From: Octopus sinensis
Lineage: Eukaryota
DNA: 46,673 bases
Direction: 5' to 3'
Assembly (NCBI RefSeq): GCF_006345805.1
Contig: NW_021834575.1
Span: 1 to 46,673, forward strand
Part shown: one piece after another, positions 12,609 to 24,629 of the stretch
Position numbering within the stretch: position 1 is the stretch's first letter
Layout: the number at the start of each line of letters is the position of its first letter
Notes under the pieces: generated by a model
Database searches by the model: none
What the model saw: only the letters and a program-made list of their open reading frames with translations
What the model was told of the DNA's origin: nothing
Made by a program: the position numbers and the translations under genes

Positions 12609-13730
12609 AAGAAAGAAAGATGAAAAAAACACAGATTTGTTTTACCAAACTAAAGAATATATTTTAATCGTCATGGCAAAAGTACCAAGCAATATTATGC
12701 GAAATAAGATTTTTTTCCTGTAATATAATGACCGGTTCCTAGACATACTGATTTAAAAAATAGAAACTGACATATTTTACAAAACTATAGACACTAAACA
12801 ATACCTATTATTTAGCTCGTGCCACCAAAGGCATATTAAAACAAATATCCCCTTCAACCTTTCAAGAAGGGTTTGCGCCATTGTATCCGAAAATATACCA
12901 GAGAACTGAGACGTCTCATTGACAGACACTACCCATTTCAACTCATAAATGAGGGGATTGAACGTGCAAGATCGATTGACATAAAAGCATTAAGAAAAGT
13001 CGAACACAATTACACACCCACTCTGAAAAGACTACCTTATGTATCCACATACAACCCCAGAAAAAAACGAAGCATTTAACATCATTGTCCAAAATCTCCC
13101 AATACTTCATGAGGACCCCAGACTGAAGGAATACTGCAGAAGACCACTAAAGGCAATATGCAACCAAGGACATTAAAGAAAATACTCATAGATGCTAAAT
13201 TATTCTCAATAACGGACGCAATAGTAAAAAAAATAGTGTTGTCGACCTAACTGCGGAACATGTCCCAATCTTTTGGAAGGATCAGTATTCCATTTCATGC
13301 AAGGAAAAAATTCAAAATTAAATCCAGTTTCATTTGCACCTCTGAAAACCTCCGGTCCCTTAGACGTAGATTTTCAGTTCACAGACAACAGATCTCCTCC
13401 CCGAAATATCTCCAGATACATCTCAGTGACCACACTGACAGATGTGCAGAACAATTACAACCACAATTCCTAATCTTCCCATTATATTAATGTGCGATTT
13501 CAACACAACTGCAACTAAAGAAAAAACCTCATTTATCGAAAATCACATATTATTCTCCCCAACCCTTACTGAAAAATAACTTAGCTACTAATTATACCCC
13601 TCACAAACAAAATATCTCATTTCGAATTGCATCTAACACCCAAAATTTGAAAAGCTTCAGCAAAACTGGTCATTTTATTAGAGGAAAAAATTCTTATTTT
13701 GTATAATATTGTATAATACACTCGCCATGA

Positions 13731-13768
<38 letters not shown>

Positions 13769-13817
13769 TTTAGTCTCGTAAAACTAATCTTGTGTTTTTT
13801 CATCTAATTTCTTTCTT
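12609..13817 (+). mobile_element. 5'-truncated Penelope-like element (RT thumb + GIY-YIG remnant) flanked by inverted terminal repeats
   Basis: FLDILI..IETDIFYKTIDTKQYLLFSSCHQRHIKTNIPFNLSRRVCAIVS; LPYVSTYNP; CCRPNCGTCP; LRRRFSVHRQQI...LSDHTDRC...FLIFPLY. 12609-12737 is an inverted copy of 13664-13817. Confidence 0.85.
13642..13676 (+). ncRNA. Minimal hammerhead-like motif at the PLE 3' end (U3-A8 core; G12A)
   Basis: AAAAT-TTGAAAA-GC ttca GC-AAAA-C TG G-T-C-ATTTT: 5-bp stem I, 2-bp stem II, GUC site. Confidence 0.55.
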
Positions 13818-13849
13818 TGTGTGTATATGTATATGTGTGGGCGTCATTG

Positions 13850-14040
13850 TGTCTGACAACCGGTGTTGGTGCGTTTGCGTCCCCGTAACCTAGCGGTTCG
13901 GCAAAAGACACCAATAGAATAAGTATCAGGCTTTAAAAATCTAAGTACTGAGGTCGATTCATTCGACTAAAAATTCAAGGCAGTGCTCCAGCTTGACCGC
14001 AGTCTAACGACTGAAACAAGGTGGAAAATAAAAGATTACA
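13850..14040 (+). mobile_element. SINE family A tail half
   Basis: GACAACCGGTGTTGGTG...CCCGTAACCTAGCGGTTCGGCAAAAG...GCTCCAGC...GACTGAAACAAG. Confidence 0.85.
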
Positions 14041-14083
14041 AGACTACAACTATAGCACATGTGTATAGATTTATGTTGATATG

Positions 14084-14115
<32 letters not shown>

Positions 14116-15316
14116 GTATGTTTATGTATTTGGATGTATCTATAGTAGGTAGTGTATATATCTGTATGTACGTATGCATGTTTCTATGTATGTACACATA
14201 CGTACGCGGGTTTGCATGTGTGCGTTTTGTGTTGAAAGTGTCGGACTAACAGGACAGTCTGCGTGTGGGCGTGTGTATGTGTGTGTATGTGTGTGTGGCC
14301 ATCTAGTGACTGAAACAAAGCAAAGGTAAAAGATAAAAGATATATATTTGGAGAGAGAGAGGGGGGAGAGAAAGAGAGATTCATACATGCTTGCATGTAT
14401 ACACGCATGCATACACACACACATACCTGCACGTATGTATACATACATATACGCACGCACACACGCACACATATATGGTGTGGTATATAAATATATTCGC
14501 ATATTTAATTTTGCGCGTGTGTGTGTCTGCATTTATGTGTATATATGTGCATCGTCGTATGCGCGTGTGTATTTGCGTGCACGTATGTCTGTGTGCGCAT
14601 GTACGTATGTATTATAAGTGGGGTGTGTGTACGTGTGTGTGTGTGTGTATGTGTGTGTGTGTGTGTATGTATGTGTGTGTGTGTGTGTGTGGTGTGTGTG
14701 TGCGTGCCTCTTCACGTAGGTTAGTTGAACTCATCTCGTCATTGAACTCTTGTGGCTTGGAGGTAGAAATAACCGATTAATTTTACGAAACACACGGGAG
14801 ATTGAAGAAATGAAGCCACCGAAAGACACAAACTTTCGCCAAAGACATCGAAGAACGAAATCAACAGCAGCAACAACTACAACAAAGACGACGGTAGCAG
14901 CTACAACAACAAGAAAATCATTATTAACATTGCCGATGATAACAAAATAAAACAAGAAAATGCAAGCATTCGCTCGACAGGATCAACCCAAAATAGCAGC
15001 AGAAAACAAGAGAGAAAAAGACCTGAGGGGAAAAAACAAAGTTTTATTTATTCCTCTGAAGACAGCGAAATATGTTGGAGTGCGTCTGTGGCAAATATTC
15101 GTTTCATGAATACAGTTGTGAAGGGTTCGAAATACACTTGTGACCCGAATTATTTTCAGGTGGACAAAGATAAATCAAAAAGACAAGGATATTTATGTGT
15201 TTGTATTCGCTCAATCATAAGTGGATGTATACATATATATACACACACACATATATATACATATGTATGTATATATGTATATATATACATATGTATGTAT
15301 ATATGTATATATATAG

Positions 15317-15347
<31 letters not shown>

Positions 15348-15380
15348 TGTGTCTGTTTTGTATATATATATATAATATAT

Positions 15381-15414
<34 letters not shown>

Positions 15415-15728
15415 ATACATATATATGTTTCTGTAAGCATAGAGATTTAGCTTATTGTAGGAAACTGAAGCGGAAGAGAACGGTTTGGGAGAGAATAATG
15501 AGAGAATGATTAAGAGAGCGACAGAGAGACATGTATGTGAGGTTGCGTGTATGTGTGTGTATAAACGTGTGTATAAACGTGTGTGTATGTGCGCGCGCAT
15601 GTGCACGTGCGTGTATGTTTGTCAGTGTGTATTATTAGAAAAACTTAAGTTGGAGTTGAAGAAAATCGAGAACGATTGAAATACAGAAGGGAACAACAGA
15701 AAAAATTGTGTGTATATATTATTTATAC

Positions 15729-15771
<43 letters not shown>

Positions 15772-15828
15772 GTAGATAATAACATATGTGTGTATATATA
15801 TACGTATATATATATAATATATATATAT

Positions 15829-15868
<40 letters not shown>

Positions 15869-16280
15869 GTATATGTGTGCATATATGTGTATATGTATGC
15901 ATATGTGTGTATATATATGTATATATACAATTTATATATGTATACAAGCATACGATAAATAAGTATATATGTAAATATATGTGTCTATGTATGTATATGT
16001 ATGTGTATGCATGTATGTATGTGTATGTGTGTGTGTGCGTATGTAGTGAGATTTCTGTGGTTCAAAGAGCACGAGAAGTGTTTGTGTGTGTGGAGTGATA
16101 AGGAGAGGAGTGAGTGAGTGAGTGAGAGGAGGAGGAGGCTCTTAGATGGACGGTGGGGAGAGCTGGGAATAAATGAACTGCAAAATGAAAAATGGAGATA
16201 CGTGTTGGTAAACTCTTCTGGCAGAGGAGGGAAGTAACTTGTATATGTTTTAAAATAAAAACAAACGCACACATGCATTA

Positions 16281-16330
<50 letters not shown>

Positions 16331-16734
16331 AATGCATGGAGAAACCCTTGAGCAGGAACACAAGCTTACGAACATCTTCACACACGTGGGTAAGTTTATA
16401 TATGCATCTGCGCATGCGGTTCTGTACGAGGACGGATGTATATGTTTGATTAAATCTTAGACTTGCCGACAATAAAACAGAGAAACTTTGGTTGGATATT
16501 TAAGAAGGCCACTTTGCAAGCACAAAGACCTGGTTCAATTCATTATATTCTAAGATTGTCCCATCGTTTGTGGGTGAAATGGGGTCGACAGAAGCTGTAT
16601 AGAAGCATGTCGGGGAAACTGTACCGTTAATTCAAAGGTACAGCTTTGGCACGCTGGGTACTCTCATTTGTGAAATACCTACATCCATACATTCATGAAA
16701 TGTATAAGAGAAAGAAAATAAAATTCACGAGATT

Positions 16735-16853
16735 CTTTATTATTCACTACGATCGTTTCGATCCATCGAGCATTTGTGCTTCGCGGTTGAGAAGCTTTAC
16801 AAACAGTTGTGGTGCAACGAAATTGCCGGTGTGCCTCATCAGGCAGTTTGTCA
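16735..16853 (-). ncRNA. Type-I hammerhead-like motif, canonical core, 76-nt stem II domain, weak stem I
   Basis: Minus strand: actgc-CTGATGA-G[...]C-GAAA-CGATCG-T-A-gtg aataataaa. Stem III is the perfect palindrome ACGATCGT. Confidence 0.6.
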
Positions 16854-17016
16854 AACGGTACCTTATTTTTTAATCTCCGTTTCGTGATTTTGGTATTTGT
16901 GGTGTGTTTCTCATCCACTCGAGATCCTCGTGTTGACGGGCAGCACACTACAACTATCCGAATATGAAATTATTACCTACATACTTATCTATGTATATGT
17001 GCATGTTTGTATGTGT

Positions 17017-17175
17017 GCGTGGCTGTGTGGTAAGAAGCAAGCTTACTTCCCAAACACATGCTTCCGGGTTCAGTCCCACTTCATGGCACCTTAGATAAGT
17101 CTCCTCTACTATAGCCTAGGGCCGACCAAAGCCTTGTGAGTGGATTTGGTAGACGGAAACTGAAATAAGCCCTTC

Positions 17176-17212
<37 letters not shown>

Positions 17213-17440
17213 TGTATACATCTATGGGTGTTTATCTTTGTGTCTGTGTTTGTCCTCCCTCCACCGCTTGATAACCGGTGCTGGTGTATTTACATCCCCG
17301 TAACCTAGCGTAATAGTACGATAGAAAAAGTACCAGGCTTTGAAGAGAAATAAGTACTGGAGCCGATTCATCCGGTTAAAAATTGCTGAAAGCGATGCCC
17401 CAGCATGGCCGCAGTTAAGGAGTGAAACAAGCAAAAGACA
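17017..17440 (+). mobile_element. SINE family A, full-length
   Basis: Head with GGGTTCAGTCCC, internal (TA)n, and tail to GAAACAAGCAAAAG. Confidence 0.9.
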
Positions 17441-17838
17441 CATATATCTATACATATATTTCTAAATGTAGGGAGACAAATTTATCAATACAGACATTTA
17501 TAAGCAGACATGAATACTCATATAGATGCATGTTACTACCGCCAAAAATATACATACGCAAATTCCCTCTCTCCCTCGCTCTCTCCTTCTCTCTGTTTCT
17601 CTCACCCTGTTTCTATTTCATACCTCTATTACTCTCGTAGATTTCTTGAAGCAGTATATACATCAAGGAAGTATGCATGTATAATACGTATATCAATAAA
17701 CATAATTTCAGAAAATATCCCGGCCATAAACATAGGCATGCATCCATATACTTCTTATCGTTTACTGGTTTGTCATTGGAGATCTCCCAACCACGACCAC
17801 CACACACACAAAGCCACAGAGAGTCATTCACACACTTC

Positions 17839-17877
<39 letters not shown>

Positions 17878-17926
17878 CAGATGTATGTATATGTGTGTAT
17901 CTGTGTGTGTGTTTGTTTGTATGGTT

Positions 17927-17966
<40 letters not shown>

Positions 17967-18744
17967 GAACTCACACACATTTTAATTGTTTTTTGAAGCA
18001 TGTCTTCTGAGAATGACTTTGCAAACATTTGAAACGTCCGAGTTCTTTAGATTTCAATTTTCTTTTCGTTTTTGGTATTTGGTTTGTTTTGCCTTTTTTA
18101 TTGTTGTTCTCATGTTTCTTTGTTTTTCTTTTTCTTTCTTCTTTGCTTGTTGTTAATGTGGGTTGGGTGAGATTAGTAAACGGAAGAGTCCCCGAAAAAT
18201 TGCCATTCTAGATAAGAAGAGATTAAGTTGATCTGCGAAAACTAGAAGAGTCGAAAAAAAGTGTCAAGCGAGAAATCAAAATGGCAGCCAAGTGACATGA
18301 TGTTTCGTCTCTTGAAACCTTACCTCACTAATCAAACCATTCCAGACTAAACCAGCACCAGCCAGCACCAGCCAGCACTAGCCAGCACAAGCTAGGTCCA
18401 TTCAGACCAAAACAATCGTTGAAGTTAAAACGAAAACAAAAGAAAATAACAGATGTCTAAAATGGCGGAAATGTTGTAACAATTGATGCCATCAAACAAA
18501 CGTTTTTAGTTTATTCTCTACTTCTGAGAGTTTCCAGTGTTCAAAAATAAAAATAGCACGATAGGTGCGAGTAATTCTCTATCTTTTTCACTTTAGTTTT
18601 TCGTGTTTTCTTTTTCCTCTTTTCTAGATTTTTATTTATATTTTTTTCTTTTTTATGTAATTTTGTTGTTTTATACAGGAATTTTCGCTTTACTTACAGT
18701 AATTGATAATGTGATTTATATCTTTTTTATGAATGCGGTGAACC

Positions 18745-18905
18745 AGTAGAAACTTTAGCAGCCTTTCGTTCGTCTTTTTGTTGAAAGTTCAAATTCCAGC
18801 AAGGTCACCTTTGCCTTTCATCCTTTTGAGGTTGATAAAATAATGTTAAGCACTGGGGTCGCTATAATCGTCTTAATCCTCCATCGAAATTGCTGGCCAT
18901 CATTA
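18745..18905 (+). mobile_element. SINE family B
   Basis: GTTCAAATTCCAGCAAGGTCACCTTTGCCTTTCATCCTTTTGAGGTTGATAAAATAA...GCACTGGGGTCG. Confidence 0.75.
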
Positions 18906-19344
18906 TTAAATAAACGTGCTGATGACATATTAGAAAAAGCAAACTTACAAACATTATTTCTGGAAAAAAAACGGGCATTATGGACATAGCGGCAGTACTT
19001 ATTAGTTTTAATTCCACTAGACTAGATCTGCCCTGGAACTAAATATTAACAACAACAGCAACAGTAATAACTACTGCATAAAATCCGAGATATTGAAAGC
19101 CAACAGAAACTGCCTTTCGTAGAGGATAAAAAGAATGAATTTCTTCTGAGATTCATGTGCAATGAGGGTAGTCATGGACCTTGTACCAACAGAAGCAATT
19201 CCAAGTTCTTTTTTTTTTCTTTTCTATTTTTTCAAGATTTTTCTCGTGGAAAAGCGTGAAGTAAAATAGTAAAATATCGAAACACGTGAATGATTAGTTA
19301 CAGTTGCAAAATCAATGAAAAACAAAATAAAATTTCGTCGTTTA

Positions 19345-19625
19345 TCTTTTATCATCTATTTGTTTCAGTTATTAGACTGCGGCCATGCTGGGGAACACAC
19401 CAACACCGGTTGTCAAGCGATGGTAGGAGACAAACACAAACACCAAGACACACATGTAAATATAAACAATTTCGACGAGCCTCTTACAGTTTCCTCTCCA
19501 CCAGATCCACTCCGAAGGCTTTGGTCAGTCCAAGGCCCTCATGGAAAATAAATGGCCAAGATAGTACGCAATGGGGATGAACCTGGAACCATGGAGTTGG
19601 GAAGCAAGCTTCTTACTACATGATC
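19345..19625 (-). mobile_element. SINE family A, internally deleted and diverged
   Basis: Reverse complement contains head (GTAAGAAGCTTGCTTCCCAAC...GACCAAAGCCTT) and tail (CGCTTGACAACCGG, CCAGCATGGCCGCAGTC). Confidence 0.8.
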
Positions 19626-20099
19626 ACATTAATTCAACTTATTATCTTTCCCACTTGTTTTTAATATTTATGCAACCATATGACCGATTTCTCATTCTTG
19701 ATTTTGCTCATACGTATAGAAACATGCATTGTCGCAGAAATACGTCTTAAGCAATTCCCCCATCGATCCCAGACACATTTCGTCGGTTGTTGCAGATACA
19801 TTTCTGTGCTTTTTAAACTTTATCTGCCTATACAAGATACTTTCTCGTGATAAATGCTGCAGTTTCATGTCTTTCTACAATATAACTGCGTTAAGTGCAA
19901 TATAAAAAATGCTATTTTGATCAAATAATTCTTCCATAGCTAACAATTTTTTTTTCTTGAATTTTTCCAATCAGAAAGTTAGTAGCATTACAAGGACTCG
20001 AACCCAAAACTGGTTGTATTGGGATCAGCATACAGAAATTACCAGAAAGATTTTGCATGACATCAATTTCTTTTTACTTTTACATCTTTACATGTTAAA

Positions 20100-21814
20100 T
20101 GAAGTGCGTGTGTGTGTGTGTGTGTGTGGTGTTTGTGTGTGTTTGTGTGTTTGTGTGTATGTGTTTGTGTGTGTGTGTGTGTTTGTGTGTGTGCGTGTGC
20201 GTGTGTTTGTGTGTGTGTGTGCGTGTGTTTGTGTGTGTGTGTGTGGGGGGGGTGTTTGTGTGCGTGTGTGTGTGTGTGTGTGTTGTGTGTGTGTGTGTGT
20301 TTGCGTGCGCGTGTGTGTACGAGCGAGGGCGTGTGTTTTTCTCGTTTGATGACAGAAATTTACCGAGGCAAAGTGGTCGCCCAGCAAGTGTTTGATTTGT
20401 GGTTCAAGTCCTGTCTGTGAATGTGTAGGTTTGTTGTTATTTTTCGATCTCAAATTATTGTTTTTATAGGTATAATGTTTGTTTAACTCACACACACACA
20501 CAGAAGCACCAATATGTAAATGTATGCATGTATATATATATGTATACACATGCACATACATGTACACAAACACACACATGCACACATACACTCACGCATA
20601 TACATACACCACATACACGATCTGAAGTTACATCATTCATCATAGCTTAAATATGCTTATGTGCATATGTGTGCATAAGGTAACGAATGAAGCACGGCAG
20701 GGTGTATACATATGGTTTGTATATAACATATCAATGTATACATACACACATATATACACATACACATGCACACATATATTTATATATACATACACACGCA
20801 CGCACACACACACACATACTATATATATATATATGTATATATATATATAAGATAGATATCTCCATTTATACATATGTGTACGTACACCCGCACACCCAAA
20901 CGTTTGTGTATATAGTAACCGCTGCTGGAATACGGAAACAAAATTTGCTGATACACTTCTCAAAATTCTACATTCCAGATGCAGAATTTTGAAATTCATA
21001 TTCTTAATCTGTTTTCATGAATTTTTACAAAAGCAACCATCATCTCCCAATCCCCACCCCCACGCCAATTTCTTGCCTTACTTTTTTACTATAAATACCA
21101 CCCCCCTCTTCTCTCCCTCACCCCTTCGCACTCTCTTTCTCTCTCTCTGTTTTGTTTCGTCTCCCCCTCTCTTCATATTTTCTTTCTGCCTCTCTCTCTC
21201 TCCCTCTCTCTCCCTCTCTCTCCCTCTCATTTGCCTCTCTCTCTCTCTCTGCCTCTCTCACTCTGTTTCTGTCTCTCCCTCTCTCTCTCTCATTTGAACA
21301 ACCTTCCTTCTCCTTTCTCTTTCCTTTCACACGTCTCTCCTCCTCCTCTTCCCTCGTTCATTTTCTCATCTTTCTTCCTCTCTCTCCCTCCCCTCTTTCT
21401 TCCCCTCTCTCTCTCTCTTTCTCTCGCTTTGTTATTCTTCTCCTACCCATCCACTTTTTTTCCTTCCTCCCCACCTTCTTCTTCATATTCTTCTTGCCAT
21501 TCATCGACATCTTTCCTTCTTTCCTTATTCCTCTGCTTCTTCTTCATCATTGTCATCAAGAAAGCGACTTCTCTTTTTCTTTTCCTTCATCTTCTACTTA
21601 CTTTCCATCGTCTTTCTCATCATGTTTACATTTTCTTCTTCTCTTCTTCTTCTTCTTCTTCTTCTTCTTCTTCTTTTCTCGTATTATTAATATTTAAGTT
21701 GTTATTAATAATAATATTCGTTTCCCTTCCTTTTCCTGATATCTTGCATATGGAAGATGCTTGGATGTGGAGATGTATATACACATATACATGTATATAT
21801 ATATATATATATAT

Positions 21815-21868
<54 letters not shown>

Positions 21869-21870
21869 GG

Positions 21871-21904
<34 letters not shown>

Positions 21905-22273
21905 TATATATATATATATATATATATAATGTAGAATATATATAGTTATATATATATATAATATGCACTGCATACATACGTACATATATTATTACATATA
22001 TATATATACGTATACATACAATAATATACATATATATGTTGTGTGCGTTTGCGTGTGCGTGTGTGGTGTATGTATATATATGCATTATGTATGAATATAT
22101 ATCAGTGACTGTGTATACCAACATATGCGTGAGCGCGTGTATATTTACACTTTTATAAAACCGGGCTTTAGCGATAGTTTCGCGGATTTTCGTGCAGGTG
22201 TCTTTCAAGCCGTTTACCTCTCTCTTTCTCTCACTTCTCTCTTTCTCTCTCTCTCTCTTTCTCTCTCTGTGCC

Positions 22274-22320
<47 letters not shown>

Positions 22321-22328
22321 ATATATAC

Positions 22329-22379
<51 letters not shown>

Positions 22380-22385
22380 CACTCA
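20100..22385. repeat. (TG)n, CT-rich, (CTT)n and (TA)n arrays
   Basis: Direct reading. Confidence 0.85.
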
Positions 22386-22834
22386 CACAACACATACAAC
22401 ACACACATTAAGACTGTGTATATCCATCACTCTATCTGGCTATCCATGGTTATTTGTGTGTGTGCATGAATGTAAGGCAAGAGCCCTGGGCAGAGGAATA
22501 TTCAGATTGTCGGACAACAGACATTGCGGTTTCGCTTCCTGCGGATTTCGCGTTCCGATTTCAAATACCCCATCCTGTCAAAAGGAAAACGGATTCTTCG
22601 GAAACCCAGCCGAAACTGTGATAGGAAGTCTCTAGGTGAATTCCCCACTTTTTCATCTCATCACTCATATCATTTCACCCGCTGGCCACTATAGAGGGAA
22701 CTATGAATACATACGTATAAATATGTGTGTGTGTGTGTGTGTGTGTGTATAATTGGAAGATATGTTAACCTCATGAACGGATGGTTGAATCTGCTGAAGT
22801 GAATTGACAGGTCCACATATAACATCCAAAGGTA

Positions 22835-22947
22835 CATCTTTTCTCCTCTGATGAAATTATACTCATGTCATGTAAACGTAAATTTCAGGTACAAATTTGT
22901 AATTAAATTATTGATTATTAACTGAAACGGCTGTAAGAACGAAGATG
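22835..22947 (+). ncRNA. Type-I hammerhead-like motif, canonical core, 69-nt AT-rich stem II domain
   Basis: catctt ttct cct-CTGATGA-[69 nt]-GAAA-C GGCT G-T-A-agaa cg aagatg; GUA site; catctt/aagatg and ttct/agaa pairings. Confidence 0.55.
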
Positions 22948-23042
22948 ACCAATTTGTTGTTAATAAAAAACAATTATTAACTTTGTTATCTCCAATTTCT
23001 TTTCTTCTGTTATATATAGAGAGAGATAGAGAGATACATAAG

Positions 23043-23106
<64 letters not shown>

Positions 23107-23179
23107 CAGATAGATAGATAAATATACATACATACACCCACACACACACACACACAGCCACGCACACATATGAATGTAC

Positions 23180-23278
23180 GTAATAGGTACTGAGTCGATA
23201 CATTCGTCGAATATTCTTGAAGACCATGCCCCAGCATGACCGCTATTCTAATGACTGAAACGAGTAAAATAGAAAGAT
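23180..23278 (+). mobile_element. SINE family A tail fragment
   Basis: GTACTGAGTCGATACATTCG...CCCCAGCATGACCGC...GACTGAAACGAGTAAAA. Confidence 0.7.
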
Positions 23279-23292
23279 ATTGTGTGTGTGAA

Positions 23293-23344
<52 letters not shown>

Positions 23345-23384
23345 TGTATGTATATGTATATATTGTATTGTGTATATATATAAT

Positions 23385-23439
<55 letters not shown>

Positions 23440-23496
23440 ATATATATATTATGTATATGTTATGAAAGAATGGAGCTGAACGACGAATTAACAAAA

Positions 23497-23595
23497 TTCC
23501 TTTATTTTCGACATATGTTTCGAAGGCTGCATATTCCTAATTGCGAAGGAATAAGGAGTACATTATGCCGCTTTCTCATCAGGAAAAGCAAGGAA
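23497..23595 (-). ncRNA. Type-I hammerhead ribozyme motif, fully canonical core
   Basis: Minus strand: ttcctt gc TTTTC-CTGATGA-GAAAGCGGCATA...TATGCAGCCTTC-GAAA-C ATAT G-T-C-GAAAA ta aaggaa. Stem II 10/12 bp, stem I 5+6 bp, GUC site at 23512-23510. Confidence 0.85.
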
Positions 23596-24159
23596 CTTAT
23601 GTCAACATCAAAATGCACAAAAAACTTTTAGATGATTGCTCACACGGAGCCCATAGCGATAATGAGTGTCTCTTTAAAATATTCCTTTATAAGGAGTGAC
23701 GTCAAAATGGTTGGATGTAGAAGATTCTAGAAGGTTCTAAAGGTTCAAGGGTTCAAACGAAGTAGGAGGAGAGAGGCATAAGAATAGGAAGATGATAGGG
23801 TGCAGGTCATATGAATGGTGAATTTTGTTAATTTCTTTTGTGAATGAGTGCCTCTGTGTGTGACTATATATAACTGCATTAATGTGTGTGTGTGTGTGTA
23901 TGCGTTTGCGTGATTGTGTATGTGGATGGGTAGATGTCAGAAAACAGGCAGTGGTGAGGTGACAGGTTTGTGTCTGTGTGTTTGAATGTGCTTACTATAG
24001 ATAGAGGGAAATAGAGAGAGAAAGAGAGAGAAAGAGGAGGGCTAGGTAGAGGGACAAAGGCAACACATACCTCACTGGATTAGGTAATAGTCCTTTGAAA
24101 GTATAAAAAAATTATTTTTTTTACTATGGGGGTGAAATATATTAAAAAAAGGAGTTATA

Positions 24160-24621
24160 TTAATTAAAATTCAAGGGGTTGTCTATATTATCATTATTCA
24201 TATGAGTGAAAGGGTGTGTTTTTGCCAGTGCATGCACCTGTAGGACCTCTCGACGATTGTATTTATTAAAGGGACTTTGGCGAACAAATATGAAAAAGTT
24301 CGGATTCAGACGCCACAAATTTTCTGCCCTTATCAAACGGAAAGACACCGACAATATGGACCATTCCAGCTTGAAAGTTGTATTGCTGTCCTTCAGACGC
24401 CAAACTAATTTACTTAGTCCCGTGCTGTGTTGGTTTCTCTTATCTCGGAAAGTTGAATAATGATTGGAGATCCTTTGGGCTAATTTAGAAGAAGTTGCTC
24501 CAATGTAGAAGACATCGGTTCTAGAAGAAATTTTGCACTGGTAAATGGTGTTTCTAATTTTGGAATTTTTGGATAAGAACTTTAATCTGTTGGGGTTAAC
24601 CTCCGATTCTAAGACAGAGTT
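24160..24621 (-). mobile_element. Penelope-like element GIY-YIG endonuclease remnant
   Basis: Stop-free 153-codon frame with no ATG start: NTIYQCKISSRTDVFYIGATSSKLAQRISNHYSTFRDKRNQHSTGLSKLVWRLKDSNTTFKLEWSILS; probable frameshift afterwards. Confidence 0.8.
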
Positions 24622-24629
24622 TTAATTGT

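Noticed and set aside
15050-15081. CTGAAGA-CAGC-GAAA-TATG-TT hammerhead-like string
   Set aside because: No 10.1-11.1 pair and stem I is out of register by 1 nt; within chance expectation. It could still be a relic.
18290-18310. Minus-strand GAAACATCATGTC, resembling a hammerhead 3' half
   Set aside because: No CUGANGA or UUGANAA core upstream.
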